This document shows, in pieces, positions 19,957-32,500 of a DNA stretch of 64,000 bases; the stretch's first letter is position 1, and every line of letters begins with the position of its first letter. The notes below the pieces were generated by a model. That model ran no database searches. It had not been told where the DNA came from and was given only the letters and a program-made list of their open reading frames with translations. The translations under genes were made by a program, and so were the position numbers. The stretch is from Octopus sinensis (Eukaryota): positions 4,588,001 through 4,652,000 of the forward strand of contig NC_043000.1 of the NCBI RefSeq assembly GCF_006345805.1. The letters are read 5' to 3'.

Positions 19957-20059
19957 AATTTCACTTCTGGTAAAAGAGTTTTCATATCTTTATCGTTGAC
20001 TTATACGGTGGGTGACTGACAAGGAAGTCAAAGGGAGAGAACTCCTTCAGTCTCTCCGC
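19957..20059 (-). other. Candidate 103-nt exon (5'UTR plus ATG AAA ACT..: MKTLLPEVK, ends in phase 2)
   Basis: Strong acceptor ttcctgtcttctcaatcttgttttgtgatgcAG (20061-20060) and strong donor GTAAGT (19956). All frames from the exon start hit stops, but an internal ATG runs open to the donor. Confidence 0.3.
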
Positions 20060-20276
20060 CTGCATCACAAAACAAGATTGAGAAGACAGGAACAAAACAT
20101 TGCTTATTTTTGCATTCTTCTACTAGTTTGCTATTGCACTGCGGCCATGCTGGAGCACAACCTTCAAATGTTTTTAGCCGGTCATATCTACCCGAATATT
20201 TATTTCTGTCCGGTATTTATTTGATCGATCTCTGTCTATAACACTGCTAAATTACGTTTTGGTATAACTGGAAGCA

Positions 20277-20277
<1 letters not shown>

Positions 20278-20322
<45 letters not shown>

Positions 20323-20534
20323 GTTTCAAATTTTGCCACAAGGGCAGCAGTTTTGGGAAGGGGATGAATTGATTACATCAACCCCCAGTACTCAACTGGT
20401 ACTTAATTTATCGACCCTGAAAAGATGAAAGGCAAAGTCCACCTCAGCAGAATTTGAACTCAGAACGTAGTGACAGACGAAATACTGCTAAGTGTTTCGT
20501 CCAGTGAATAACGATTCTGCCAGCTCACTGTCTT
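20278..20534 (-). mobile_element. GCCTTTCATCC-core SINE variant with (ATT)n tail
   Basis: Same head and core as 11057-11287 but a different 3' end (CCCTTGTGGCAAAATTTGAAACC(ATT)n). Confidence 0.8.
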
Positions 20535-20847
20535 AATAATAATAATCACTGTGACCGACCAGGCTATCAGATGTTGCTACACATCGCTGGTCACAATGCG
20601 CTTCGCATTGTTTTAGCCTTCAAATGACGCCACCCCGCAGGCTAAGCGAGCAGGCCAACAGAAGAAAGAGTGAGAGAAAGTTGTGGCGAAAGAGTACAGC
20701 AGGGATTGCCACCACCCCCTGCCGGAGCCTCGTGGAGTATTACGTGTTTTCGCTCAATAAACATTCACAATGCCCGGTCTGGGAATCGAAACCATGATCC
20801 TACAACCGCGAGTCTGCTGCCCTAACCACTGGGCTATTGCGCCTCCA
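20535..20847 (-). mobile_element. tRNA-derived SINE related to 1092-1394 but with a different tail
   Basis: Head TGGAGGCGCAATAGCCCAGTGGTTAG..GGTTTCGATTCC; shared body GAAAGAGTGAGAGAAAGTTGTGGCGAAAGAGT. Confidence 0.85.
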
Positions 20848-20979
20848 ATAATGATAATGATAAACTTTTTGTATCCAATGTTCCTGTGCAGTAAAACTTG
20901 TAAAAGTAAACGAGGAGACAGAAAACAATCGTAAATCAAGTAAAGAAAGTAAGCAACGAAATTTAAAAAGTTCATGCTC

Positions 20980-21135
20980 AGTAGGAGTGGCTGTGTGGTA
21001 AGTAGCTTGCTTACCAACCACATGGTTCCGGGTTCAGTCCCACTGCATGGCACCTTGAGCAAGTCTCTTCTCCTATAGCCTCAGTCCGACCAAAGCCTTG
21101 TGAGTGGATTTGGTAGATGGAAACTGAAAGAAGCC
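20980..21135 (+). mobile_element. 5' half of a CORE-like SINE
   Basis: TAGGAGTGGCTGTGTGGTAAG..GGAAACTGAAAGAAGCCC. Confidence 0.8.
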
Positions 21136-21370
21136 CTCTACCCACCAAAGCTTTCCTTAATCCATCAATCCATACAAAATGAATGGAAAAAAAGGCAGTG
21201 TATTTCAATAGAAATTTGGTAACAAAAGGGTCAGAAGTGAACGATGCTAAGACACCTTCAAAACTTGCCCAAAGAGACATACAGGGAGATTGGAACTAAG
21301 CCGATATGGGTAGTGCCCCTCCAAAAATTAACAAAAAGTCACATAGAAATTGTGGAAACCTTATCACATG

Positions 21371-21640
21371 TATGTATGTGAGAGAGGGAGAGAGAGACAG
21401 AGGGAGAGAGAGAGAGAGAACTTGAGAATGAGAGCATGAGAGAGAGAGAGAGAGAGCATGAGGGAGAGAGCGGGAGAGAGAGCATGAGAGAGAGAGAGAG
21501 CATAAGAGAGGGAGAGAGCATGAGAGAGAGAGAGAGAGCATGAGGGAGAGAGCGTGAGAAAGAGCATGAGAGAGAGAGAGAGAGCATGAGAGAGAGAGCG
21601 TGTACGAGTGTGCGTGCGCGAGCAAGTGAGAGACAGACAG
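21371..21640. repeat. Complex (GA)n / GAGCAT(GA)n microsatellite
   Basis: Directly visible; length differs in copy 2 (54873-55140). Confidence 0.92.
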
Positions 21641-21863
21641 GGATGCAAGCAGACACAGTGTGTGTAGTCAAATCAACGCATCCAAGATACCTTGCGACAT
21701 TTATGTCTAAGTTGCCTCCCCTTATCGCCCCAGTTGCTTCCCCTGACAAGTAATGATTTCTGTCTTTTGGACTGACCATAAATAACTAAATAAATAAATA
21801 CCAGGCGATCTACTGAAGTAAATATTAAAGTAAAACATTCGAAAACGGTACTGCAGCAGGCCA

Positions 21864-21932
21864 TTGTATTTGCTTATTTGACTTAACTGTTGTTCGCCAT
21901 GTCTCAGCCCCATACAATAATATTGCTTTTAC
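21864..21932 (-). mobile_element. RTE-X-like ORF2 fragment
   Basis: Translates VKAILLYGAETWRTTVKSNKQIQ (the LLYGAETW motif); not in the ORF track. Confidence 0.75.
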
Positions 21933-21989
21933 GTTATATGTATGCTTATACAGCAGACCCAAAATTGCCACCCCCATAAAAACTGCTTC

Positions 21990-22770
21990 CATTGCCTCAT
22001 CCCAGACCCAATTATGCTACTTAATCAAATTTTAGTGACCATCTTTCCCTCACTGAACTCATTTTGATGATAGTACCTTTATACATGGCATGCACAAGCT
22101 TCCAAATGTTATTTATCTACACCTAGTTTTCTCAACCACCACCAAACTATCGAATGGGACAACCTGTGAGAGGCCACCTTTAGATCAGCAAATGCTAACT
22201 ACAGTAGCTTGTTTTAGCTAAGAACTCCCATAGTGAGCTGCATCACTAGAAGAGCACTGGTGATACTCACTCCAGGCAGAAACCCAAACTTCATCTCATC
22301 TAAACTAATAATCTTTCTAATCCAGTTATTTTCACAACTTAACCCCTACAAATGCTTCTTTAGTTGATTCTTTCCACAAATGTTTGTATGTATGTTTCTC
22401 ATGCCTTACTAACTACTTCTAAATGGTGCATCATTGGGGGGGGGAGGGGTGAACTATTTTCATTTTCAGACTCCCCATATCTCAAAGCATATAATACTAC
22501 ACTTTTCATGGAAAACTGGGGAGGTTGGAACACTCAGAAATTCACCCCACTTCAACCTCAGTGGGGGGGGGAGGGTTCATAGACTAGTTTCCTAGTCACC
22601 TTTCGCCACTGTATGACACCTCCTGTCCTACCTGTCTGACTCTGTAAGTAATGAGCATATGTCCTACATCACCAAATACTTTCAGCTTTTGGTGTCTATC
22701 TCTGATAGTCCAGCTACTTTGTTTGCCTTCTTCATATCCTTTATCATATTTTCAACCATAGCATTAACCT
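21990..22770 (-). pseudogene. Highly decayed RTE-clade reverse transcriptase relic (interrupted)
   Basis: MVENMIKDMKKANKVAGLSEI (22770-22700) and LDEMKFGFLPG..LAFADLK..VWWWLRKLGVD (22305-22120), with stops. Confidence 0.7.
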
Positions 22771-22975
22771 AATTCTTAGTTCTGGAAACCAAACAGTATT
22801 CTCAGTATGAGCACTGGTTTATGAGGAAACTCACTGAGGGAAAGAAAGAGTAAATATTATAGAGTTCTATAGAAGAAATCTTACAAACTAAGAAAAACAA
22901 TGTGGAAATTGTTAAGCTTGAAAATACAATAGAGTCATACATACATTCATTTCATTAGTTATATAACTAAATAAA

Positions 22976-23515
22976 GCCAGAGAGGCTGTGTGATAAGTAG
23001 CTTGCTTACCAACCACAAGGTTCCAGGTTCAATCCCACTGTGTGGCACCTTGGACAAGTGTCTTCTACTATAGCCTCGGGCTGACCAAAGCCTTGTGAGT
23101 GGATTTAGTAGACGGAAACTGAAAGAAGCCCGTCGTATATATGTATATATATATAAAATACAAAATGGGACAAGAACGCAAAACATCCAAATAGACAATA
23201 CAAAAAACACAGACAGGTCATTCAAAGCCTTTAATCTTCAGTCAAGAACCGGATCATCCTCGCAATTTCGGCTGATATATATATGTATGTATGTGTGTGT
23301 ATATGTTTGTGTGTCTGTGTTTGTCCCCCCAACATCGCTTGACAACCGATGCTGGTGTGTTTACATCCCTGTAACTTAGCGGTTCGGCAAAAGAGACCGA
23401 TAGAATAAGTACTAGGCTTACAAAGAATAAGTCCTGGGGTCGATTTGCTCGACTAAAAGGTTGTGCACCAGCATGGCCACAGTCAAATGACTGAAACAAC
23501 TAAAAGAGTAAAGAG
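22976..23515 (+). mobile_element. CORE-like SINE with a ~120-bp foreign insert in its (TA)n
   Basis: Family head and tail are intact; 23155-23274 is absent from other copies. Confidence 0.85.
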
Positions 23516-23730
23516 AGAGTACTGTACTGTATATTTTTTTTTATTATTTCTATAATTTGTATATATTTATTCTATTATAACTGCAAAACAACCCCATGGA
23601 GGAACTGACGTAAGCCTAAATAAAAAACTGTGATCGGTGAACCGTGATATGACAAGAGATTACTGTAACCATTTTTTTCAACGTGTTAATGCTTCTGTCA
23701 GTTCATGTATTTAGTAAGCTTATCCTTTAG

Positions 23731-23970
23731 GTGTGGAGGCACATGGCTTAGTGGTTAGGGTGTTGGACTCGTGATCATAAGATTGTGGTTTCGATTCCTG
23801 GACCAGGTGATTCAAAACATTACATTTCCCATTGTTCCTGTCCACTCAACTGGCAAAAATGAATAATCCTGTGGCAGACTGGCAACCCATCCAGGGGGGG
23901 AATATATACGCTGTGGCAACCAGCCCTATGTGTCCATATCTCTCAAGAAGGAACTTTATTTATTTTATTT
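23731..23970 (+). mobile_element. tRNA-derived SINE with V-domain-like segment
   Basis: TGGCTTAGTGGTTAGGG..GGTTTCGATTCC head; CCTGTGGCAGACTGGCAACCCATCCAGGG. Confidence 0.7.
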
Positions 23971-24032
23971 TTTAGTTGCATAACGTTAGGGCCTTGTGGT
24001 TAAACCATGACACATTTTGGTAGTTTGAGGTG

Positions 24033-24063
<31 letters not shown>

Positions 24064-24440
24064 AATTATTGTATACAGTGCTCAGGTGCACCACAACTTG
24101 TCAGAAAGTGCATATAAAGTACATGCAGTAATGTAGAAATGTCTGGAAAGTGAACAGAGTATGAGTCAGATACATGCTTGTGTGTGTATGGAGGGGAGGA
24201 AATCAGGTGTAGTGTTGGCGAATCTCAGGAAGCATTGAAGTTTTGAAGGATGCAGTGCTCCAACAACTAACAACCGATGCAGGCAGTTTGTTCCATGCTT
24301 CAGCAACTCTCAGCGTGAAAAAATGTTTCCTGAAGTCATGGGAGCTGTGCTGTTTTCTTACTTTGTAAATATGTCCACGGGTGTTAGATGGGTGGAGTTT
24401 GAAGAGGTACTCAGTGTTATTGTTTGTGTGATAGATGAAC
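24033..24440 (-). mobile_element. CR1-like LINE 3' fragment with (ATT)n tail
   Basis: NTRGHIYK..RKHFFTLRVAEAWNKLP (ORF 24203-24511). Confidence 0.9.
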
Positions 24441-24513
24441 TGACAAGCTATGTTATAGTTATGACACATCAGGATTTGCTTATTACTCTTTTGCAAGATG
24501 CTAAAAGACAATA

Positions 24514-24746
24514 TATTTCTTTACTACCCACAAGGAGCTAAACACGGAGGGGACAAACAAGAACAGACAAATGGATTAAGTCGATTACATCGACCCCAGT
24601 GCGTAACTGATACTTAATTTATCGACCCCAAAATGGATGAAAGGCAAAGTCGACCTCGGCGGAATTTGAACTCGGAACGTAACGACAGACAAAATACGAC
24701 TACGCATTTCGCCTGGTGTGCTGACATTTCTGCCAGCTCACTGCCT
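24514..24746 (-). mobile_element. GCCTTTCATCC-core SINE with imperfect 14-bp TSD
   Basis: GCTAAAAGACAATA (24500-24513) and GCTAAATGACAATA (24750-24763). Confidence 0.85.
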
Positions 24747-25274
24747 TTTGCTAAATGACAATAGCAGAAAACCTCCTATTAAGATGTAATGAAGATTATG
24801 GATAGCACAATTCATTAGCATAATAGAAGATGGTTGATGGTCTGTCATTAATTATTAAAGAGCAAATAGAACACACACAGATATATTAGACTTCAACTAG
24901 AGAAAGGTCATTTGATTGATTAGTATAAACTCCCTCCCATTTCTGATCCTCCGTCTCCTCTCCTTACTTTTTCTCCCTCTATTGTATTGGCCCCTGTTCC
25001 TCAGAGTGAACTTTTCATATGTCTCCTCCATTCCTGGTTATTCCTCACCTCTGCTCACCATCCTTGTTGTAAGAATGTGTATAAGGTTTTTGCTGTATGG
25101 TAAGAAGCTTGCTTCCCAACCATGTGGTTCCAGGTTCAGTTCCACTGCTACAATCGTATGCATGTGTGAACTATTGTCTTGACATTGTGCAATGATTGCA
25201 ATTAAGTTAAGCATCATTTGTTTTCATTCTTCCACAAAAAATACATCATGCAATAGTTGTGACTGTCACTGTCA

Positions 25275-25773
25275 TACTGCAAATCCTCAAGTATAATACA
25301 CAGGGGATTTTTAGGGGGCTGTACCTCTGAAAAACCTAAACCTTGTGTATAATATGCACCCCTTCTCTAACTTGAGTCAAGGAGGTCTATATAACGTCCT
25401 TGGTTTGTAAAACTGTATATGTTAATGTCCTTTATTATTATTGTGTATATAACATAATGCAAACGTGTAGCTTTTTTGTGCATTTTGTTTGCAGAAAATG
25501 AAGAAATAACAGTAATAACGTTTAATAAACGTTGCTTACTGCAAGTTATGGATGATTCTTTTATGACTTCATTGCTTTCAGGCTTAGCTTAAGGTATTTT
25601 TGCACCCGACATCACAAAATGCGTCGGAATAAACATTGCCGGACAGCAAATACAGACTCGGACATTGCTTAGAAAATAATTTTCGTTTTTAACCTCGTAT
25701 ATAGTATGCACTAGGGATTTTGACCATTAAATTTTGGCGTAAAAATGCAGATTATACTCGAGGATTTACGGTA
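25275..25773. mobile_element. Tc1/pogo-type MITE with TA TSD
   Basis: TA-CTGCAAATCCTCAAGTATAAT ... ATTATACTCGAGGATTTACGG-TA. Confidence 0.85.
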
Positions 25774-25799
25774 TACATTTCCAATATTCTGCAAAAACA

Positions 25800-26228
25800 T
25801 GTCTGACCATGAGCATTCAAGGAAACCAGCTGGATCTGCCACAAACAATGTCAGATTTTCCACAATGTGATCAACCTGGTGTGCTTTGGATCAGCTATCA
25901 AAAGACATGGCAGTCACCAAGCAAAAACCTTTGTCGTGCCAAGTTCATTGTGCAGAATATTCTCAACTCTCACAGGATATGCCAATAGCATTGTCTATTT
26001 GATTTATAGTCAATCTCCTGTCAGCCATCACCATATGACGAACACAATCACTGTTTTTCTTGGTAGTGGCAAGACTCTCCCCTCCTCTCCTAAATTCAAT
26101 GCCCACTTTTGTATTGTTGATAAAGCTGGAGTATCATCCCTTAATGTAGCAACCATGCCAGCATGGGGAATAAAGCCATTTTTTTTTGTAGGTATTTGAT
26201 AACACCAAGATGCCAAACTTTTGTCCAT
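25800..26228 (-). pseudogene. Second mariner transposase relic (different subfamily, N-terminal half)
   Basis: ATG GAC AAA at 26228; HAGMVATLRDDTPALSTIQKWA; TINQIDNAIGISCERVENILHNELG. Confidence 0.85.
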
Positions 26229-26446
26229 TTTCAAGAGAAGTAGCTACAAGTTACTTTTGAAGTCTTCCTTGAACAGTCATATGTCAATTTATCTGAAAAG
26301 AAACAATGCAGATATTAATAAGAAGGGTTAAAATCAATGCATGCAAGATTTCACAGCTCTAGTATCACCATTTCATAGTCAACTTATGAACTTTTCAGTC
26401 AACCCTTCTACTACAGCCTCAGACTGACGAAAGCCTTGTGAGTAGA

Positions 26447-26515
26447 TTTCCTCATTGACCACCAGATAAGGGATCGGGGTACCCTGTCGAAGGCTTTCTC
26501 CATATCAACAAAAGC
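26447..26515 (-). mobile_element. 69-bp intact RTE-clade RT fragment abutting the satellite
   Basis: Translates AFVDMEKAFDRVPRSLIWWSMRK without stops; not in the ORF track. Confidence 0.85.
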
Positions 26516-29500
26516 TCATCTTTGATGTCTTTCGAGACTCCTCTTTGTTCTCTTTTGGCACCCTCTTTGATCTCTGTAGGTACTCCTCTTTCATCTCTGT
26601 CGATACTCCTCTTTGATCTCTGACGGCTTTCCTCTTTGATCTCTGTCGGTACTCCCCTTTGATCTCTTTCGGCACCCTCTTTAATCTATTTCGGTACCCT
26701 CTTTGATCTCTTTCGGTACACTCTTTGATCACTTTCGGCACTCTCTTTGATCTCTTTCGGCACCCTATTTTATATCTTTCGGCACATTCTTTGATCTCTT
26801 TCGGCACCCTCTTAGATCTTTTTCGGCATATTCTTTGATCTTTTTCGGGACCCTCTTTCATCTCTTTCGACACCCTCTTTGATCTCTATCGGTACTCCTC
26901 TTTGATCTCTGTTGGTACTCCTTTTTGATCTCTGTCGGTACTACCCCTTGATCTCTGTCGGCATTCCTCTTTGATCTCTGACGTCATTCCTCTTTGATCT
27001 CTGTCGGTACTTCTATTTGATCTCTGTCGGCATTCTCTTTGATCTCTGTCAGTACTCCTCTTTGATCTCTGACGGTATTCCTCTTTGATCTCTGTCGATA
27101 CTCTCCTTTGATCTCTGTCGGCTTCCTCTTTGATCTCTGACGGGATTCCTCTTTGATATATGTCGGTACACCCATTTGATCTCTATCGGTACTCTCCTTT
27201 GATCTCTGTCGGCATTCCTCTTTGATCTCTGTCGGTATTCCCCTTTGATCTCTGTCGGCATTCTCTTTCGGCATCGTCTTTGATCTCTTTCGTCAATATC
27301 TTTGATCTCTTTTGGCACCCTCTTTGATCTCTTTAGGGACTCCTCTTTGATCTATTTCGGCACCCTCTTTAATCTCTTTCGGTACCCTCTTTGATCTCTT
27401 TCGGCACCCTCTTTGATCTTTCTCGGCACCCTCTTTGATCTTTTTCGGCACCCTCTTTGATCTATTCGGCACCCTCTTGATCTCTTTCGGGACCCTCTTT
27501 GATCTTTTTCGGCACCCTCTTTGATCTTTTTCGGCACCCTCTTTGATCTCTTTCGGCACCATCTTTGATCTCTGTCGGCACCCTCTTTGATCTCTTTCGG
27601 GACTCTTCTTTGATCTCTTTCCGCACCCACTTTGATCTCTTTCGGCACCCACTTTGATCTCATTCGGCACAAACTTTCATCTCTTTCGAGATTCACCTTT
27701 GATCTCTTTCGGCAATCTCTTTGATGTCGGTACTCCTCTTTGATTTGTGACGGCATTCATTTTTGATCTCTGTCGGTAAGCCCCTTTAATCTCTGCCGGC
27801 ATTTCTCTTTGGTCTCTGTCGGCATTCCTCTTTGATCTCTGTCGGTACTCATCTTTGATCTCTGCCCACATTCCTCTTTGATCTCTATCGGTACTCCTCT
27901 TTGATCTCTGACGGCATTCATCGTTGATCTATGTCGGTAATTCCCTTTGATCTCTGTCGGTACACACCTTTGACCACTGTTAGCATTCCTCTTTGATCTC
28001 TGTCGGTACTCCTCTTTCATCTCTGTCGGAACTCCTCTTATATCTCTGATTGCATTCCTATTTGATCTATATCAGAACTCCCTTTGATCTCTGTCGGCAT
28101 TCCCCTTTGATCTATGTCGGCATTCCTCTTTGATCTCTGACGGCATTCCTCTTTGATCTCTGTCGGTACTCCTATTTGATCTCTGTTGGCATTCTCTTTT
28201 ATCTCTGTCGGTACTCATCTTTGATCTCTGACGGCATTCCTCTTTGATCTGCGTCAGTACTTATCTTTGATCTCTGTCGACATTCCTATTTGATCTCTGT
28301 CGGCACTCATCTTTGGTCTCTGACGGCATTCCTCTTTGATCTCTGCCGGTATTCCACATTGATCTCTGTCGGCATCCCCTTTTGATCTCTGTCGGCATCC
28401 CTCTTTGATCTCTGTCAGTACTCATCCTTGATCTCTGTCGGCATTCCTCATTGATCTCTGTCGGTACTCATCTTTGATCTCTGTCGGTATTCCCCTTTGA
28501 TCTCTGTCGGCATTCCCCTTTGATCTCTGTCGGCATTCCTCTTTGATCTCTAACGGCATTCCTCTTTGATCTCTGTCGGTACACCTATTTGATCTCTGTC
28601 GGCATTCTCTTTTATCTCTGTCGGTACTCATCTTTGATCTCTGACGGCATTCCTCTTTGATCTGCGTCAGTACTTATCTTTGATCTCTATCGGCATTCTT
28701 CTTTGATCTCCGTCGGCATCCTCTTTTGATCTATATCGGTATTCCTCTTTGATCTCTGTCAGAACTCATCCTTGATCTCTGTCGGCATTCCTCATTGATC
28801 TCTGTCGGTACTCCTCTTTGATCTCTGTCGGCATTCCTCATTGATTTCTGTCGGTACTGCTCTTTGATCTCTGTCGGGATTCCTCTTTGATCTCTGTCAG
28901 TACTCCTTTTTGATCTCTGTCGCCACCCCCTTTTGATCTATATCGGTATTCCCCTTTGATCTCTGTCGGCATTCTTCTTTGATCTCTGTCGGTACTCCTC
29001 TTTGATCTCTTTCGGAATTCCCCTTTGATCTCTGTCGGCATTCCTTTTGATCTCTGTCGGTACTCCTCTTTGATCTCTGACGGTACTCATCTTTGATCTC
29101 TGTCGGCATTCCTCTTTGATCTCTGTCGGTAATCCTCTTTGATCTCTGACGGCATTCCTCTTTGATCTCTGTCAGTACTCCCCTTTGATCTCTGTGGGCA
29201 TTCCCCTTTGATCTCTGTCGGTACTCCTCTTTGGTCTCTGACGGTATTCCTCTTTGATCTCTGTCAGTACTCCCCTTTGATCTCTGTCGGCATTCCTCTT
29301 TGATCTCTGTCGGTACTCCTCTTTGATCTCTGACGGCATTCCTCTTTGGTCTCTGTCGGTACTCCTCTTTGGTCTCTGACGGCATTCCTCTTTGATCTCT
29401 GTCAGTATTCCCTTTGATCTCTGTCGGCATTCCTCTTTCATCTCTGTCGGTACTCCTCTTTGATCTCTGACGGCATTCCTCTTTGATCTCTGTCAGTACA

Positions 29501-32500
29501 CCTCTTTGGTCTCTGACGGCATTCCTCTTTGATCTCTGCCGGTACTCCTCTTTGATCTCTGTCGGCATTCATCTTTGATCTCTGTCAGTAGTAACGTTTG
29601 ATCTCTGTCGGCATTCCCCTTTGATCTCTGTCGGTACTCCCCTTTGATCACTTTCGGCACTCTCTTTGATCTCTTTCGGCACTCTCTTAGATCTTTTTTG
29701 GCATATTCTTTGATCTTTTTCGGGACCCTCTTTCATCTCTTTCGACACCCACTTTGATCTCTATCGGTACTCCTCTTTGATCTCTTTTGGTACTCCTTTT
29801 TGATCTCTGTCGGCACCCTCTTTGATCTCTTTCGGCACCCTCTTTGATCTCTTTCGGTACCCTCTTTGATATCTTTCGGGAATCTTGTTTGATATCTTTC
29901 GGCACCCTCTTTGATCTCTTTCGGCACCTTCTTTGATCTATTTCGGCACCCTCTTTGATCTCTTTCGGCAACCTCTTTGATCTCTTTCTTTCGGTACCAT
30001 CTTTGATCTATTTCGGCACCCTCTTTAATCTCTTTCGGTACCCTCTTTGATATCTTTCGGGACTCTTGTTTGATCACTTTCGGCACTCTCTTTGATCTCT
30101 TTCGGCACCCTCTTTGATCTCTTTCGGCACCCTCTTTGATCTTTTTCGGCACCCTCTTTGATCTATTTCGGCACCCTCTTTGATCTCTTTCGGCACCCTC
30201 TTTGATCTCTTTCGGCACCCTCTTTGATCTCTTTCGGCACCCTCTTTGATCTCTTTCGGCACCCTCTTTGATCTCTTTCGGCACCTCTTTGATCTCTTTC
30301 GGCACTCTCTTTGATCTCTTTCGGCACCCTCTTTGATCTCTTTCGGGACTCTTCTTTGATCTCTTTCCGCACCCACTTTGATCTCTTTCGGCACCCTCTT
30401 TGATCTCATTCGTTGCAAATTTCATCTCTTTCGAGATTCACCTTTGATCTCTTTCGGCAATCTCTTTGATTTCGGTACTCCTCTTTGATTTGTGACGGCA
30501 TTCCTTTTTGATCTCTGTCGGTAATCCCCTTTAATCTCTGCCGACATTCCTCTTTGGTCTCTGTCGGCATTCCTCTTTGATCTCTGTCGGTACTCATCTT
30601 TGATCTCTGCCCACATTCCTCTTTGATCTCTGTCGGTACTCCTCTTTGATCTCTGACGGCATTCATCGTTGATCTATGTCGGTAATTCCTTTTGGTCTCT
30701 GACAGCATTCCTTTTGATCTCTGTCGGTACACACCTTTGACCACTGTTGGCATTCCTCTTTGATCTCTGTCGGTACTCCTCTTTGATCTCTGTCGGTACT
30801 CCTCTTATATCTCTGATTGCATTCCTATTTGATCTATATCAGAACTCCCTTTGATCTCTGTCGGCATTCCCCTTTTGATCTATGTCGGCATTCCTCTTTG
30901 ATCTCTGACGGCATTCCTCTTTGATCTCTGTCGGTACTCATCTTTGAACTCTGACGGCATTACTCTCTTGATCTGCGTCAGTACTTATCTTTGATCTCTG
31001 TCGACATTCCTCTTTGATCTCTGTCGGTACTCCTCTTTGGTCTCTGACGGAATTCCTCTTTGATCTCTGCCGGTATTCCTCTTTGATCTCTGTCGGCAAC
31101 ACCTATTGATCTCTGTCGGCATCCCTCTTTGATCTCTGTCAGTACCCATCCTTGATCTCTGTCGGCATTCCTCATTGATCTCTGTCGGTATTCCTCTTTG
31201 ATCTCTGACGGCATTCCTCTTTGATCTCTGACAGTATTCCCCATTGATCTCTGTTGGCATTCCCCTTTGATCTCTGTCGGCATTCCTCTTTGATATCTGA
31301 CGGCATTCCTCTTTGATCTCTGTCGGTACTCCTCTTTGATCTCTGTCGGCATTCTCTTTTATCTCTGTCGGTACTCATCTTTGATCTCTGACGGCATTCC
31401 TCTTTGATCTCTGTCGGCATTCTTCTTTGATATCTGTCGGTGCTCCTCTTTGATCCCTGTCGGCATCCCCTTTTGATCTATATCGGTATTCCTCTTTGAT
31501 CTCTGTTAGTACTCATCCTTGATCTCTGTCGGCATTCCTCATTGATCTCTGTCGGTCCTCCTCTTTGATCTCTGTCGGCATTCCTCATTGATTTCGGTCG
31601 GTACTCCTCTTGATCTCTGTCGGTACTCATCTTTGATCTCTGTCAGTACACCTCATTGATCTCTGTCGGCATCCCCTTTTGATCTATATCGGTATTCCTC
31701 ATTGATCTCTGTCAGTACTCATCCTTGATCTCTGACGGCATTCCTCTTTGATCTCTGTCGGTACTCCTCTTTGATCTCTGACGGCATTCCTCTTTGATCT
31801 CTGTCAGTATTCCCTTTGATCTCTGTCGGGATTCCTCTTTGATCTCTGTCAGTACTCCTCTTTGATCTCTGTCGGCACCCCCTTTTGATCTATATCGGTA
31901 TTCCCCTTTAGATCTCTGTCGGCATTCCTCTTTGATCTCTGTCGGTACTCCCCTTTGATCACTTTCGGCACTCTCTTTGATCTCTTTCGGCACTCTCTTA
32001 GATCTTTTTTGGCATATTCTTTGATCTTTTTCGGGACCCTCTTTCATCTCTTTCGACACCCACTTTGATCTCTATCGGTACTCCTCTTTGATCTCTTTTG
32101 GTACTCCTTTTTGATCTCTGTCGGCACCCTCTTTGATCTCTTTCGGCACCCTCTTTGATCTCTTTCGGTACCCTCTTTGATATCTTTCGGGAATCTTGTT
32201 TGATATCTTTCGGCACCCTCTTTGATCTCTTTCGGCACCTTCTTTGATCTATTTCGGCACCCTCTTTGATCTCTTTCGGCAACCTCTTTGATCTCTTTCG
32301 GTACCATCTTTGATCTATTTCGGCACCCTCTTTAATCTCTTTCGGTACCCTCTTTGATACTTTCGGGACTCTTGTTTGATCTCTTTCGGCACCCTCTTTG
32401 ATCTCTTTCGGCACCCTCTTTGATCTCTTTCAGCACCCTCTTTGATATTTTTCGGCACCCTCTTTGATCTATTTCGGCACCCTCTTTGCTCACTTTCGGG

